This document shows, piece by piece, positions 50,573-64,000 of a DNA stretch of 64,000 nt. Source of the DNA: Octopus bimaculoides (lineage: Eukaryota). Position numbers and translations under genes: made by a program. Each line of letters begins with the position of its first letter. Position 1 is the first letter of the stretch. The stretch lies in assembly GCF_001194135.2 (NCBI RefSeq), contig NC_068991.1, forward strand, positions 16,495,100 through 16,559,099, given 5' to 3'. The notes below the pieces were generated by a model. The model was given only the letters and a program-made list of their open reading frames with translations, was not told where the DNA came from and did not search any database.

Positions 50573-51274
50573 TTGCCTTGATACATGTGATGGTTGTAAA
50601 TGAGCATCACTGTTAAACAAACAATACTGTTTGTTTCTAGTTTTCATTTATTTTAGGCATTAGGGTGTGATCTGATGACGATTTGGTTGCTGCTTCTAGC
50701 ATGTTGAGTAACCACATAGTAGTTCACTTGCTGCCTCAACAGTAGTTATATGGTAATGATAGTGGTGATGAGGATAAAGGGGCTAATGATAATGGTGGCG
50801 GTAGTGGTGGTGATGCTGATGAGGTGAGGAGGGGTGAGAGGTAATGTAGTGGTGGTGGTGGTGGTGGTAGCTTTTATGACAATGATGATGGTAGTAGTGC
50901 TGATATTGTTATAATAATGATGATGATGGTGATAATGATAATGAAAATATTGATGATCATGGTGGTGGTGGTGGTGGTGCTGCTGCTGCTGATGATGATG
51001 AGGGGGAGAGGAGGGAAAGCAAGAGGAGTGCTGGTAATGTTATGAGAATGACAATAATGCACATGATGATGATGATGATGATGATGACGATGATGAAGAT
51101 AACAAGGATAAAGATGAAGATGATAACGATGATGAAAATAATGTTGATGGCGATGGTGGTGCAGAGAGTAAATAACATTATGACTGATCATATTTTTGTG
51201 ACATATCTTTTTTGTAATAAATTTGTTGTGTGCATAAAAGAGAGAGCAATAAGGAATATTATGACGGATCATAC

Positions 51275-51381
51275 CTTCCTGAGATATCTCTTTCCAAGGA
51301 TTGAATGGGTACATGAAAGAGGCATTTTGAATTTGGTCACCAATATCTTCATCTTCATTGAATGGAAATGTGCCACTTAGA
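51275..51381 (-). CDS. PRKD: Protein kinase D exon ([36 protein letters not shown])
   Basis: tccag/gtatga boundaries, 107 nt, phase 2 to 1. Confidence 0.95.
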
Positions 51382-51739
51382 CTGGATCATGGAATTAAAT
51401 CAAAAACAAAAATGGTTTTCAGATACTGGTATCAAATGGAATGCAATGGAGCTTGTGCATATAAAATGTGTGTGTGTGTGTGAGCATGTGGCCTAGTTGG
51501 TTACAGTGCTGCACGCACAATCGCTAGAACATGGGTTTGATTCCTAGGCTGGGCGGCACATTGTGTTCTTGAACAAAGCACTTCATTTCATACTGTGCTC
51601 CAGTGGGGAATGTTGCCCTGCTTCCCTAGCCAGTAAGGTGATGTCATCCAATGGTTGAAACAATGCAAAGCACACTGTGACAAGTGATGTGTAACATCTG
51701 ATAGTCTGGATTGTCCCGTAAGATATATATGTGTGTGTG

Positions 51740-51780
<41 letters not shown>

Positions 51781-52200
51781 CGTCGTCTCCTTCATTGGAC
51801 ACGAAACTGAGCTTGCGAAGACTTATTGGGGCAAGCGAAAGCGAAATCGGGATAGTACCTGTGCCCAGCGTCGCCTTTCTGGCACTTGTGCCCGTGACAT
51901 GTGTAAGGATTTTCGAGCGAGATCGTTGCCAGTGCCCCTGGACTGGCTCTTGTGCGGGTGGCACATAAAATACACCATTTTGAGTGTGGCCGTTGCCAGT
52001 ACCGCCTGACTGGCCTTCGTGCGGGTGACACGTAAAAGCACCCACTACACTCTCTGAATGGTTGGCGTTAGGAAGGGCATCCAGCTGTAGGAACTCAGCC
52101 AAATCAGATTGGAGCCTGGTGTTGCCATCCGGTTTCATCAGTCCTCAGTCAAATCGTCCAACGCATGCTAGCATGGAAAGCGGATGTTAAACGATGATGA

Positions 52201-52246
<46 letters not shown>

Positions 52247-52352
52247 TTATAAACGAAATTGAATCAAATTCGACTGGATGTCAGATGATAATGATGATCA
52301 TCATGACAATTATTTATCTGATATTTGTATGAAATAAAGAAACTGTACTTAC

Positions 52353-52428
52353 CTTACGTATACTATGACACCAACAGACCACATGTCCAATGATCGGTTA
52401 TATCCTTTGCTTTTCAATACTTCAGGGG
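52353..52428 (-). CDS. PRKD: Protein kinase D exon ([25 protein letters not shown])
   Basis: tttcag/gtaagt boundaries, 76 nt, phase 1 to 2; APE and DMWSVG motifs. Confidence 0.95.
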
Positions 52429-53079
52429 CTGAAAGAAGAGAAAAAAAAGGAAAAGAAATGAATTAACTCAAAAGCACTTGAGCCGGTGCCACATAAAAAG
52501 CACCCATGCCAGACCCATACTGGAAGTACTCATTCTGGTGCCATTTAAAAAATCATTTGTGCTGGCACCACGTACCGAGGCACTACATACCCTGCCAGCA
52601 CCATGTAAAGAGCACTTATACTGGAGCCACATAAGAAGTACTTATGCTGGTGCCATGCGAGAAGCACTGATGCTGGTGCCATGTAAAAAGCATCTGTGCG
52701 GTGCCATGTAAAAAGCACCCAGCACACTCTGGAAAGTGGTAGGCATTAGAAAGTGCATCCAGCCATAGAAACTTTGCCAGAACAGACAACTGGAGCCTGG
52801 TCAGCCTGCAGCTGACCATCTCATGTCAAACCATCCAACCCATGCCAGCATGGAAAACAGACATTAAATGATGATAAAGGCTTCTGCAAGGTTTCTATCG
52901 ACCAAATTCACTCACCAGACACTGCTCAAACTCAAGCTATTGTAAAAGACATGTGTCTAATTGCCATGCAATGGGATTGAACCCAAACCCATGTCTTTGC
53001 AGAGTTAACTTCCTTACCACATGGCCATAGCATGCCTAGTGAAGATTTCTTCTTATTTGAATGACTTAACCATAGAGGT

Positions 53080-53657
<578 letters not shown>

Positions 53658-54049
53658 CTAGAGATGATGGAGATGGAAGAGAAAAACAAAGAGAAAATAA
53701 TGAAAAAATAATGATTGCAAATATAGACACAAGGGCACACATTTTGGGGAAAAGGAACACTTGATTACATTGCCTCTAATACTTGGCTTGTATTTTGTTT
53801 TATCCCTTCCATTCCAATGTAAGGATGAAAGGCAAAGTTGACTCCAGTTAGAATTGAACACAGAACATAGAGAGTTGTATCCAAATATTACAAAGCATTT
53901 TGCTCACTTTGCTAATGAATTTGCCATGCTAAGAAAGGAAAACTAATAATAATTGTTTACAACAGAAATTCAAACCTGAAATCCATGAAGGTTAAACGGT
54001 AACAGTTGACCTCAGAATATAAAGTATTGTAACTAATGTATTTTGTCTG

Positions 54050-54637
54050 GCTTCCTAATAATTCTGCCAAATTCTTGCTGTATATAATGATTTCAGATTT
54101 TGGCACAAGGCCAGCAAGTTTGGAAGGGAGGGTAAGTTGATTACATCAAGCCCCAGTACTCAACTGGCACTTATTTTATCGACCTTGAAAGGATGAAAGG
54201 CAAAGTCGACATTGACAGAATTTGAACTCAAAACATGAAGACAAAATGCTGCTAAGCATTTTGCCTAACGTGCTAATGAATCTGCCAGCTCACTGCCTTA
54301 TGATAACAATAATCGGAGACCCCTTCGGTCATGACTGACCATGGGATTGCACCTAGAGAGTTCCCTTCCGAGGCACAAGTCTGGGCAAGGTTGTTTATGG
54401 AAGACCAGCGGTCGCCCATGCATACCAGCCTCCCTTCTCCATGCCACCGATGTTATCCAAGGGAAAGGCAAAGGCCGATACAGCTTGGCACCAGTGACGT
54501 CGCAACTCATTTATACAGCTGAGTGAACTGGAGCAACGTGAAATAAAGAACACAAAACACAGCCCAGTCCGGGATTTGAACTCATAACCTCACGGTCATA
54601 AGCTCGATGCTCTAACCACTGAGCCATGCACCTTCAC

Positions 54638-54685
<48 letters not shown>

Positions 54686-55417
54686 GTTTCAAATTTTGCC
54701 ACAAGGGAAGCCATTTTGTTAGAAGAGATAAGTTGATTACATCAGCCCCAGTGTTTAACTGGTACTTATTTTATTGACCCCGAAAGGATGAAAGGCAAAG
54801 TTGACCTTGGAAGAATTTGTACTCAGATCGGAGCAACAGGTGAAATATCGCTAAGCATTTTGTCCAGCATGCTAATGATTCTTCCAGCTTGCCGCCTTAA
54901 ATAATAATAATAATGATAAGCTTTTCTACTATAGGCACAAGGCCTGAAATTTGAGGGTAGGGGAGTAGTCGGTTACATCAACCCCAGTATTACACTAGCA
55001 CTTAGTTTACTGACCCTGAAAGGATGAAAGACAAAGTTGACCTCAGTGGAATTTGAACTCAGAACATAGCAGCAAGCAAAATACTTCAAAGCATTTTGCT
55101 TGGCATGCTAATGATTCTACCAGGTCAGTGCTAGGAATAATCAGGAAAGTATTAGCTGAAAAGAATGGATAGCATGGTACCTGTGACAAAAAAAAATAAT
55201 AATCCTTTTTACTAAAGGTACAAAGCCTGAAGCTTGGGGGGAAGGGACTTGTTGATTACATTGAACCTAGTATTTCACTGATACTTAATTTATCGACCCC
55301 TAAAGGATGAAAGATCAAGTTAACCTAGATGGAATCTGAACTCAGAACATTAAGCCTGAAAAAAAAAATGCTGCCAAGCATTTTGTCCAATGTACTAACA
55401 ATTCTGTTAATCCACTG

Positions 55418-55420
<3 letters not shown>
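54050..55420 (-). mobile_element. Tandem SINE family D array with a nested family E copy
   Basis: About 5 same-orientation D units separated by (AAT)n, with family E at 54317-54637. Confidence 0.85.
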
Positions 55421-55455
<35 letters not shown>

Positions 55456-56117
55456 TTACTTCTACTAAATTAAAATAATAATAATAACGTCAACAACAAC
55501 AACAACTATAATAATACACATTCACATTAAATGAATTTGATTAAATTTTAAGTGATGTCTGTAAGACATAAAGGTGTAAGCCAGAGGGGAAAAAGAAAGC
55601 AGTATTGGAGATCGATAGATATTTTTGCAGCATCAAATAAGATATAAGATACAATAAAATAATAAAATGTTGATGCAATGTGAAGTATTGTGTTACAAAG
55701 GGGAAGGAAATATCAGTCAATGCAAAGTTCAGCCTGACACGTTAAATATGTCTTCTGCTGTCAGCATTCTGAATTGAATTCAATATTTTTTTGCTTGTTT
55801 TATTTTTGTATTTTAGCTGAATAACTTGTTTCCACCTCCAACCTTTTCTTTTTGGAACAGCATGTATGATCTAGGACTTCCAAGACTCATGGTCTGAAAG
55901 GTGAAGGTTAACTTCAGATCCAAGACCTGGCCACAATACCTGCAATAAAGTGGACTCTGCTAAGAGCCAAATGGTGGTACAAAAAGTAGCCCAGCCATAA
56001 AACAATAAGACAATTGTAGCCTTGTTATAAGTAAATAACAGCCTTGTGATAAGTCAATAATAGCCCTGATGATAAGTCAATTGTAGCCCTGATGATAAGT
56101 CAATTGTAGCCCACTTA

Positions 56118-57290
56118 TATGAGGGTTGGCTGAAAAGTTCATAATCTGACCAAGATAATCCCACGGAATGTGACCAAATGAGGTTTATTTTTCAACATAA
56201 TCCCTCTTGCAATCCATACATTTCTTCCATCGATATTGCAGTGTTTGAATCCCTTTGATGAAGAGGCTTTCATCCTGTTGCCCCGCAAAAAGTTGTCAAC
56301 AGCAGATATGACATCATCATGACTGTGATACAGGTTCCCAGTCAAGTGTTTTTACATGTGCAACAGATGATAGTCAGATGGGGGCCAAATCAGGAAATTA
56401 GGGAGGGTGATCAACCAGTTCAAAGTCACAGTCACACATAGTAGCTATTCAAACCAAAAACTTGTGTGCAAGAGCATTATCCTGATGAAACAAAACCTCT
56501 TTCGCCAGTTTTCCTGAGTGTTTGATCATGGTAACCTTTGGTAACTGCCTCATCAAGTGGCATAGTACTCTCCATTGATGGTGCAGCTCTTTTGAAGATA
56601 GTCGATAAACACAATGCCTTTTGTATCCCCCCAAAAACTGAGGCCATCACCTTCCTTGTAGATGAAATGACCTGGCCCTTCATTGGAGCAGGTGAGTAGT
56701 GGCGTTTCCACTGCATGGACTGTCTCTTTGTCTTTTGTTCAAAGTGGTGAAGTCAACACTCATCCTGGGCTAAGAAACGTTCAAGGAAACCAGCTGGATC
56801 TCCCTGAAACAATGCTATTTTTTCTCATGATATAATCAGTCTGGTGCACTTTTGATTAGGTATTAGAAGACATGGCACCCACTGAGGAGAAACCTTTGTC
56901 ATGCCAAGTTCCTTGTGCAGAATATTCTCAACTCTCTCATAGGATATGCTAATAGCACTGGCTATTTGATTCATAGTCAAATGCCTGTCATCCATTACCA
57001 TGCGGTGAACATGATCAATGTTTTCTTTTCTGATTAAAGTTGCAGAATGATCAGGCCATGTTTCCTCTTCAAGACTCATCTTTCCCCACCTAAATTCAGT
57101 TGTTCACCTTTGCACTGTTGATAAAGCTAGAGCATCATGCCCCATCATCCCCTACATTATCTGCAGCTGGATCTACCAGCATACTGGGCAGTTTCTCATT
57201 ACTCCAAATAGACCAGATGGTCATATCTAGTGAGCTCATTTGTCCAGTCTTAAAGTCTTTCAAAAAATGCCACAAACAATTGCTGCCATA
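56118..57290 (-). mobile_element. Mariner transposon remnant (frameshifted)
   Basis: ENIDHVHRMVMDDRHLT..IASAISIS.ERV.NILHKELGM.KVS..WVP, SAGKVMASVF.., VLFHQDNA.AH, KGFKH..DGRNV; TA-YGAGGG terminus at 56118. Confidence 0.85.
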
Positions 57291-57503
57291 ATAATTAAAA
57301 AAATTTTTTTAATGAAACAGAAAAATAATTCACTCTTTACTCATTCTAGTAACAAAGGCCTTTAAATTACTACAAACAGGATTGAATTTCTAAAAACTCT
57401 ACCTACGACTCAATAACTAAACTCCTTCACAGATGCACATAGAATGTCTTATTATAATCAATAACTGAATGGATAGAATACCATTTGTTGACCAGAAATT
57501 TAC

Positions 57504-57602
57504 CTGTGGAAATGGTGATTCTGAAGCAAGCAACACATTCTCAGGTTTCAGATCACAATGAACAATGTTCTTCACATGAAGATGTCTCAGAGCAACAAGA
57601 AC
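57504..57602 (-). CDS. PRKD: Protein kinase D exon ([33 protein letters not shown]), catalytic loop
   Basis: tttag/gtaaat boundaries, 99 nt, phase 0 to 0; HCDLKPEN. Confidence 0.97.
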
Positions 57603-58129
57603 CTAAATGACAAAACAAACAGTAAAAAACAAAAAATGAGTAAACAAAAATACATAGCAAAAGTAAACAAACAACAAAAACAAAAAATAATAATAAAAAT
57701 AACAAAATCTAATATAAACAGAATAATAAGAATTCTTTTATACAGAACAATAAGAATGTGATATGTGATTTTACAAACACCAATTTGAAACTTTTAGTTG
57801 AATAAAAATAAAAAATAATAAAAATAATGGTTTCAAATTTTGGCACAAGAAGGGGTAAGTCGATTACATTGACTCCAATGTTTAAATGGTACTTATTTTA
57901 TTGAACTCGAAAGGATGAAAGCAAAGCCAACCTCGGTGGAATTTGAACTCAGAACATAAAAACATGAAATGCTGCAAAGCATTTTGCCCAGTGTGCTAAT
58001 GATTCTGCCAGCTTGCTACCTTAACAACAGTAATAATAATAATGGTTTCAAATTTTGGCACAGGGTCAGCAGTTTTTGAGGGGAGGAGAAGGTGTTACAT
58101 TGCTCCCCCCCCATCCCTTTTCATCCTCC

Positions 58130-58740
58130 AACCAACCAACCAACCAACTGATTGACTGACTGACTGACCAACTAACTAACTAAATATTAAATCAACTGAC
58201 GACTGACCACCAGGCTAACCGACTGACTGACCACCAAACTAACCAACTGACTGACAGACCACCAAACCCACTGACTGACTGACCACCAAACCAACTGACT
58301 GACTGACCACCAAACCAACTGACTGACTGACCACCAAACCAACTGACTGACTGACCACCAAACCACTAAACTCACTGACTGGCTGACCACCAAACCAACT
58401 AACTGACTGACCACCAAACCAACTGACTGACTGACCACCAGACTAACTGACCACCAGACTAACTGACCACCAGACTAACTGACCACTAAACTCATTGACT
58501 GGCTGACCACCAAACCCACTGACTGACTGACCACCAAACAACTGTCTGACTGACCACCAAACCAACTGACTTACTGAACACCAAACCAACCAACCAACTT
58601 GCTACCAAACCAACAAACCGACTGTTCACTAAACCACCCAACCAACTAACCAGATAACCATCCAATCAACTAACGAAGTAACTTCCAAACCAGCTACACA
58701 ACTAACCAACAAACCGACCACCCAACCAACTGAACAAACA
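58130..58740 (+). repeat. 24-bp minisatellite (CCACCAAACCAACTGACTGACTGA) grading into simpler CCAA/CTGA repeats
   Basis: Seen directly in sequence. Confidence 0.9.
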
Positions 58741-60192
58741 TGAGAAAACAAAAAACAAAAAAAATGTTCAGTCATTTTTTTTTTAATTTCATGCTTGATA
58801 AAACTTGAATGATTAATCAAATGGAAAACGGCTCAGTGGTATTGCACTATTCTGGATACATCAAAGTAATTTGCATTTATTTCCAGAGAAATTTTAGTAG
58901 TAAATAAATAAATAAATAATTGAGAACAAAGCGAAATGTTTAAAACAGAAAAAAAAAAGTGTTAAACTAATTATTTGGTTTCGAGGAGAGAAAAATAGAG
59001 TTCCACGTTGCCTTCTTTTATTCTGGGACATTTGGTGCATGTAAATATGTTTGTGTGAATAATTAAATATGTGTGTACATGCATNNNNNNNNNNNNNNNN
59101 NNNNNNNNNNNNNNNNNNNNNNNNNNNNNNNNNNNNNNNNNNNNNNNNNNNNNNNNNNNNNNNNNNNNNNNNNNNNNNNNNNNNNNNNNNNNNNNNNNNN
59201 NNNNNNNNNNNNNNNNNNNNNNNNNNNNNNNNNNNNNNNNNNNNNNNNNNNNNNNNNNNNNNNNNNNNNNNNNNNNNNNNNNNNNNNNNNNNNNNNNNNN
59301 NNNNNNNNNNNNNNNNNNNNNNNNNNNNNNNNNNNNNNNNNNNNNNNNNNNNNNNNNNNNNNNNNNNNNNNNNNNNNNNNNNNNNNNNNNNNNNNNNNNN
59401 NNNNNNNNNNNNNNNNNNNNNNNNNNNNNNNNNNNNNNNNNNNNNNNNNNNNNNNNNNNNNNNNNNNNNNNNNNNNNNNNNNNNNNNNNNNNNNNNNNNN
59501 NNNNNNNNNNNNNNNNNNNNNNNNNNNNNNNNNNNNNNNNNNNNNNNNNNNNNNNNNNNNNNNNNNNNNNNNNNNNNNNNNNNNNNNNNNNNNNNNNNNN
59601 NNNNNNNNNNNNNNNNNNNNNNNNNNNNNTATTTGAGTGTGATCGTTACCAGCGTCGCCTTCCTGGCACTTGTGCCGGTGGCATGGGAAAAGACATTCAA
59701 GCGAGATCGTTGCCAGTACCGCCTGACTGGCCTTCATGAGGTAGCGCGTAAAAGCACCCACTACACTCTCGGAGTGGTTGGCATTAGGAAGGGCATCCAG
59801 CTGTAGAAACTCTGCCAAATCAGATTGGAGCCTGGTGTAGCCATCTGGTTTCACCAATCCTCAGTCAAATCGTCCAACCCATGCTAGCATAGAAAGCGGA
59901 CGTTAAACAATGATGATGATGACGATGATGAATAATAATGATGATGATGACGATGATGAATAATAATGATGATGATGATGATGATGACAAAGACGACGAT
60001 GGTGACAATGACGATGATGATGATGAGGAAGAGGAGGGGGAGGATGAGGAGGGGGAGGATGAGGAGGGGTCTACACTCCCCAATTTTCACAAAAATGCCA
60101 ACACAATGCTGCACACATTTCAAGAAACACGGATGTGCACCAGATGGTATAATAAAAACTCACATGAAACTACCAAAGAAAAATGATGGCAG

Positions 60193-60226
<34 letters not shown>

Positions 60227-60405
60227 GGTGGTGTGATGACCCTTTCTTATTTCGGCACAAGGCCAACAAATTTGTTGGGTGAGAAAGTAAATTACATCAA
60301 CCCCCACCCACCAGTATTTCACTGGTACTTACTTCATTGACCCTGAAAGGATGAAAAGCAAAGCTGACTTCAGCAGCATTTGAATCTGAAACAAACGAGG
60401 AGTAC

Positions 60406-60510
60406 CTGTGATATCACATATTTTGTGACTCTTTCTCCTAGCCTCTTCTTAGGCGTAGACAAAATCATTTCAAGCATATCTCCTTGTAACTTCTCCATCA
60501 CAACATAAAT
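60406..60510 (-). CDS. PRKD: Protein kinase D exon ([35 protein letters not shown])
   Basis: tttcag/gtactc boundaries, 105 nt, phase 0 to 0. Confidence 0.95.
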
Positions 60511-60879
60511 CTGAAAAGTAAAAAGAAAAAGAAAAGAAAAAAAAAACAGAAGGAAAACAATAAGAACTAGTTGAATTTTGACAAAATTTTTAAAAAAATG
60601 AAATGAATAATTACAAAATTTTCATTCATGTATTTGTTTTGCAAGATTCCTGATATAAAATTGTGTTGAAACAGATATTGTCTTATTTTTCAATGGTCAA
60701 TGGAAATAATCCAGAATCCTTGTCTGGTACTGGATCGATCCCAAAACTTAATAAGTTCATGCCAGTCACGAGGCCAAACATTCCTGAAAGTTTCATCCGA
60801 ATCCATCCAGCGGTTCTTGAGATATCTTGTCCATGGACAAACAAACGTAACTGAAAACAATACCTTGCCTTCGCTAAGA

Positions 60880-61340
60880 CAGAGGTAATAATAATCCTTT
60901 CTACTAAAGGTACAAGGCCTGAAATTTTGGGGGAGGGAATAGTCAATTACATCGACCCCAGTGTTTCACTGGTATTTATTTTATTGACCCCCGAAAGGAT
61001 AAAAGGCAAAATCCACCTCTGCAGAATTTGAACTCAGAATGTAACAACAGGCGAAATACCATCAAGCATTTCACCTGGCATGCTAACAATTCTGCCAGCT
61101 CACCACCTTAAAGATAATGATGATAATAACCCTTTCTACTATAGGCACAAGGCCTGAAATTTGGGGGAGGGGGTAGTTGATTATATCAACCCCTAGTACT
61201 CAACTGGTACTTAATTTATCGACCCTGAAAGAATGAAAAGCAAAGTCGACCTTAGCAGAATTTGAACTCAGAATGTATTGACAGGTGAAATACTGCTAAG
61301 CATTTTGCCCGGCATGCTAACAATTCTACCAGGTCGCCGC
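60880..61340 (-). mobile_element. Tandem pair of SINE family D
   Basis: Two complete units separated by GATAATGATGATAATAAC. Confidence 0.85.
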
Positions 61341-61359
61341 AACAACGCTGCTGCAGCAG

Positions 61360-61910
61360 TAGTACCAGGCAATGGCTCTCATGGCTTCTGATCTTAACTG
61401 ATTGGAAGTGTTATGATGTACATGATTTGTCTTGGTATAAAAAATGTGCTTCAGCAAATATTCTGCTCACTAACACAGATTTGCTTGTTAGTTGTTTGAT
61501 CTTAACCAGTTGAGCATGTCCCTTAGTGGCTGATAATAGGTGCATCTATGATCATGGCAGGAGTAGTTAGGGAGCATCTTAGCCATGTGTTAAGAGGAAT
61601 TCCTTGGGGTTTGAGTAATTTACCCATGGAAACATGGGTGTTTCAATTATCATCCTTAAATAAACCTTATTCAAGGACCTTTTGAGCAAGGTGAGCTACT
61701 TGACATGAAGAAAATTCTAACTGGGCCCCATCCGCAAGGTCATGCATTGTTTACCTTGAAATGAGATCACCATGTAATGCACATATGGTCGTGATGCCTG
61801 TGCCTGGTGTACCCTTATCAGACAGGAAGTCATGATAGGTATATTGGACTTCGTATATTTGTACCCCGCTGTTACTTAGATGGCATGCATTTCTGTCTCA
61901 CTTGATAATA
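61360..61910. repeat. Probable interspersed repeat of unassigned class ending in (AAT)n
   Basis: ~550 bp GC-balanced, non-coding block directly after a SINE and ending TAATAATAAG. Only one copy in this window. Confidence 0.4.
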
Positions 61911-62159
61911 ATAAGAGTCTTTACATGTACTCTGCATTGAGGGACCTTTTCTTACTACATGTAGCAATGCTGTATAGGTATTATACAATCTGCCTTTCAC
62001 TCTGAGAGACTAAACTTCTGTAATGGTACATACATACATGTGCATGCATTGCAAAATATTTGGTTGGCCATGTAGAGATATGCAACAAAATAGGAAAACA
62101 CTTTTATAAAATATAAAATTCTCAACACTACTCCATAAAATGCACAAAAGAGGTCTTAC

Positions 62160-62216
62160 TTTTGCAGAAGTTTCAAACATCTCTTCCAAGTTAACAACAC
62201 CAGGATGCTGCAGGCT
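62160..62216 (-). CDS. PRKD: Protein kinase D exon (SLQHPGVVNLEEMFETSAK)
   Basis: cacag/gtaaga boundaries, 57 nt, phase 0 to 0. Confidence 0.95.
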
Positions 62217-63385
62217 CTGTGAACAAGTAGACAGAGAAATGAATGAGTAAACAAAAACAGAAATATGCATCCACAGATATATATATAATAATACTAATAA
62301 TAATATTATTATTAGGGATAAAAATCCAAATTCACAGGCAAAAACTCAATTAAATTCAATTTATTAAAAATTAGAATTAAATTAAATTTCACAGTATAAA
62401 ATATAAATATATAGTTTTAGGGAAAAGAACCATGGATTTTTATCGATGAGTTCATGAACCTTGGTTCTTTTCCCTAAAACTATATATATATNNNNNNNNN
62501 NNNNNNNNNNNNNNNNNNNNNNNNNNNNNNNNNNNNNNNNNNNNNNNNNNNNNNNNNNNNNNNAGAGAGAGAGATAAAGAGAGAGAGATGGAGAGAGAGA
62601 GAGAGAGATAGAGACAGACAGAACAAAGAGCTTGATAGAGAGATAGATCTACAAATAATTAGATGGAAAGACAGAGAGCAAGATGGATAGAGAAACAGAA
62701 ATTATAAAAATATGTAAAAACATACATAAACAACTTTGGATACGCTGATAGTTAATTTTAAAATATTTAAATCAAAGATCACGTTGTTCTTATAGTATTT
62801 CTACTGTTGGGGCACTAGAATTTTTTTTACCATCATGTTCCACCTGTCAATGTCTTGGGTGACCAGTTTGGTATAGAATTAACCCTTTAGCATTCAGATT
62901 ATTCTGTTAGATGTAATGCATATTTATTGACATTGTTTTTAATTAATCATGCATTATCTTGTAGCTTCAAGATTTTCATAAGGTGATTGCTTATCTTTAG
63001 AAGGACATTTAAGCCAAAAGCGGCGAGCTGGCAGAAACGTTAGCACACCGGCAAAATGCTTAGCGGTATTTTGTCTGCCGTTATGTTCAGAGTTCAAATT
63101 CCACCAAGGTCGACTTTGCTTTTTCATCCTTTCGGGGTCGATAAATTAAGTACCAGTTACGCACTGGGGTTGATGTAATCGACTTAATCTCTTTGTCTGT
63201 CCTTGTTTGTCCCCTCTATGTTTAGCCTCTTGAGGGCAATAAAGAAATGAGAATATTTAAGCCAGATATGGCCAATTTGAATATTAAAGGGTTAAATATT
63301 GGAGTAACTTCCAATAAAGTGTTTCATGACAATAAGTATTTCTGGTGGTGCATAAAAAAAGCTAACCGGGTGTAATTACACTTAC

Positions 63386-63492
63386 TTGTAATATAGATAC
63401 TTCGTTTTTCAGACGAGCTTCCTGCTTGGTTGGAAATTTCACTTTGTCGATGACTTTTACCGCAACAGGAAGCTGTGACAGCTTATGGTGGC
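63386..63492 (-). CDS. PRKD: Protein kinase D exon (GHHKLSQLPVAVKVIDKVKFPTKQEARLKNEVSILQ); upstream exons lie beyond the window
   Basis: ctctag/gtaagt boundaries, 107 nt, phase 1 to 0; VAVK lysine and the alphaC glutamate. Confidence 0.95.
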
Positions 63493-64000
63493 CTAGAGAA
63501 ACAATAAGAAACAACATTCAGTAAATACATGAAAAATAGGGTTCTGCAACTTGCTGGTGGGTTGGGGGAGGGTGCAGCATCATATGTGACAGTGACTGAA
63601 GAGTGGAGTAAGAGTGGACTGGTGATGGAAAAATCCTGAAGGCTGGACCCTAAAAGGTCTATCTTCTGTGATGGAAGTGGTACCATTGGTGTTGTCGTCA
63701 TTGTTCCTTAGCATGGAAAACAGAATAATTTTTGCAGAATAATTGACTACTGAAAATTTTGAATCCCCATATATATATATACATATCGGAAAATTATAAT
63801 TGTCACTAAACATGATTAAGGGTGCCAAGACACCTATATTGCAGGAAATAAGAGCTAAAATGCTCTAATGCTGTACAAAAAGCACATAAAGGTGAGCATA
63901 TGTTTAGTGACAATTATATTTTTCTTTCATCATGATAATACATTGCACATGGCTATTTATATTAATTTTTATATATATTTCAAATAACAATCTTCAGATC

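Noticed and set aside
56020-56112. Tandem CCCTGATGATAAGTCAATTGTAG repeats as hammerhead cores
   Set aside because: There is no stem II plus GAAA downstream. It is a short tandem repeat within an LTR-like repeat.
63483-63720. 72-aa minus-strand ORF just upstream of the PRKD VAVK exon as an alternative exon
   Set aside because: It has no similarity to the expected GSGQFG exon, is out of frame with the next exon, and has no convincing donor.

Overview
AT-rich, microsatellite-dense eukaryotic genomic DNA with several assembly gaps. The SINE/LINE/MITE repertoire looks like an octopus (coleoid cephalopod) genome; this is an inference. Four host genes are supportable. (1) The first coding exon of the mitochondrial MaoC-type 3-hydroxyacyl-thioester dehydratase HTD2 (minus, 967-1250). 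(2) A single-exon, highly divergent forkhead-box ORF (plus, 6678-8171). (3) An intronless ALG5 dolichyl-phosphate beta-glucosyltransferase (minus, 19370-20332). (4) The last nine coding exons of a protein kinase D (PRKD) gene (minus, 63492 to 45629), which splice in frame with GT-AG boundaries. The rest is mobile DNA: Merlin, mariner and DD37D-like transposase remnants, RTE, CR1-like and REL-type LINE fragments, several tRNA-derived SINE families often in tandem arrays, many foldback elements and minisatellites. The most unusual structures are three. One is a ~560 bp palindrome with two outward-facing tRNA-like Pol III heads, each arm carrying a minimal Penelope-type hammerhead ribozyme (22402-22966). 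Another is a 242 bp MITE with target-site duplication that carries head-to-head telomeric (TTAGGG)n/(CCCTAA)n repeats (30017-30258). The third is an RTE LINE insertion with a twin-priming-type 5' inversion (3750-4808).
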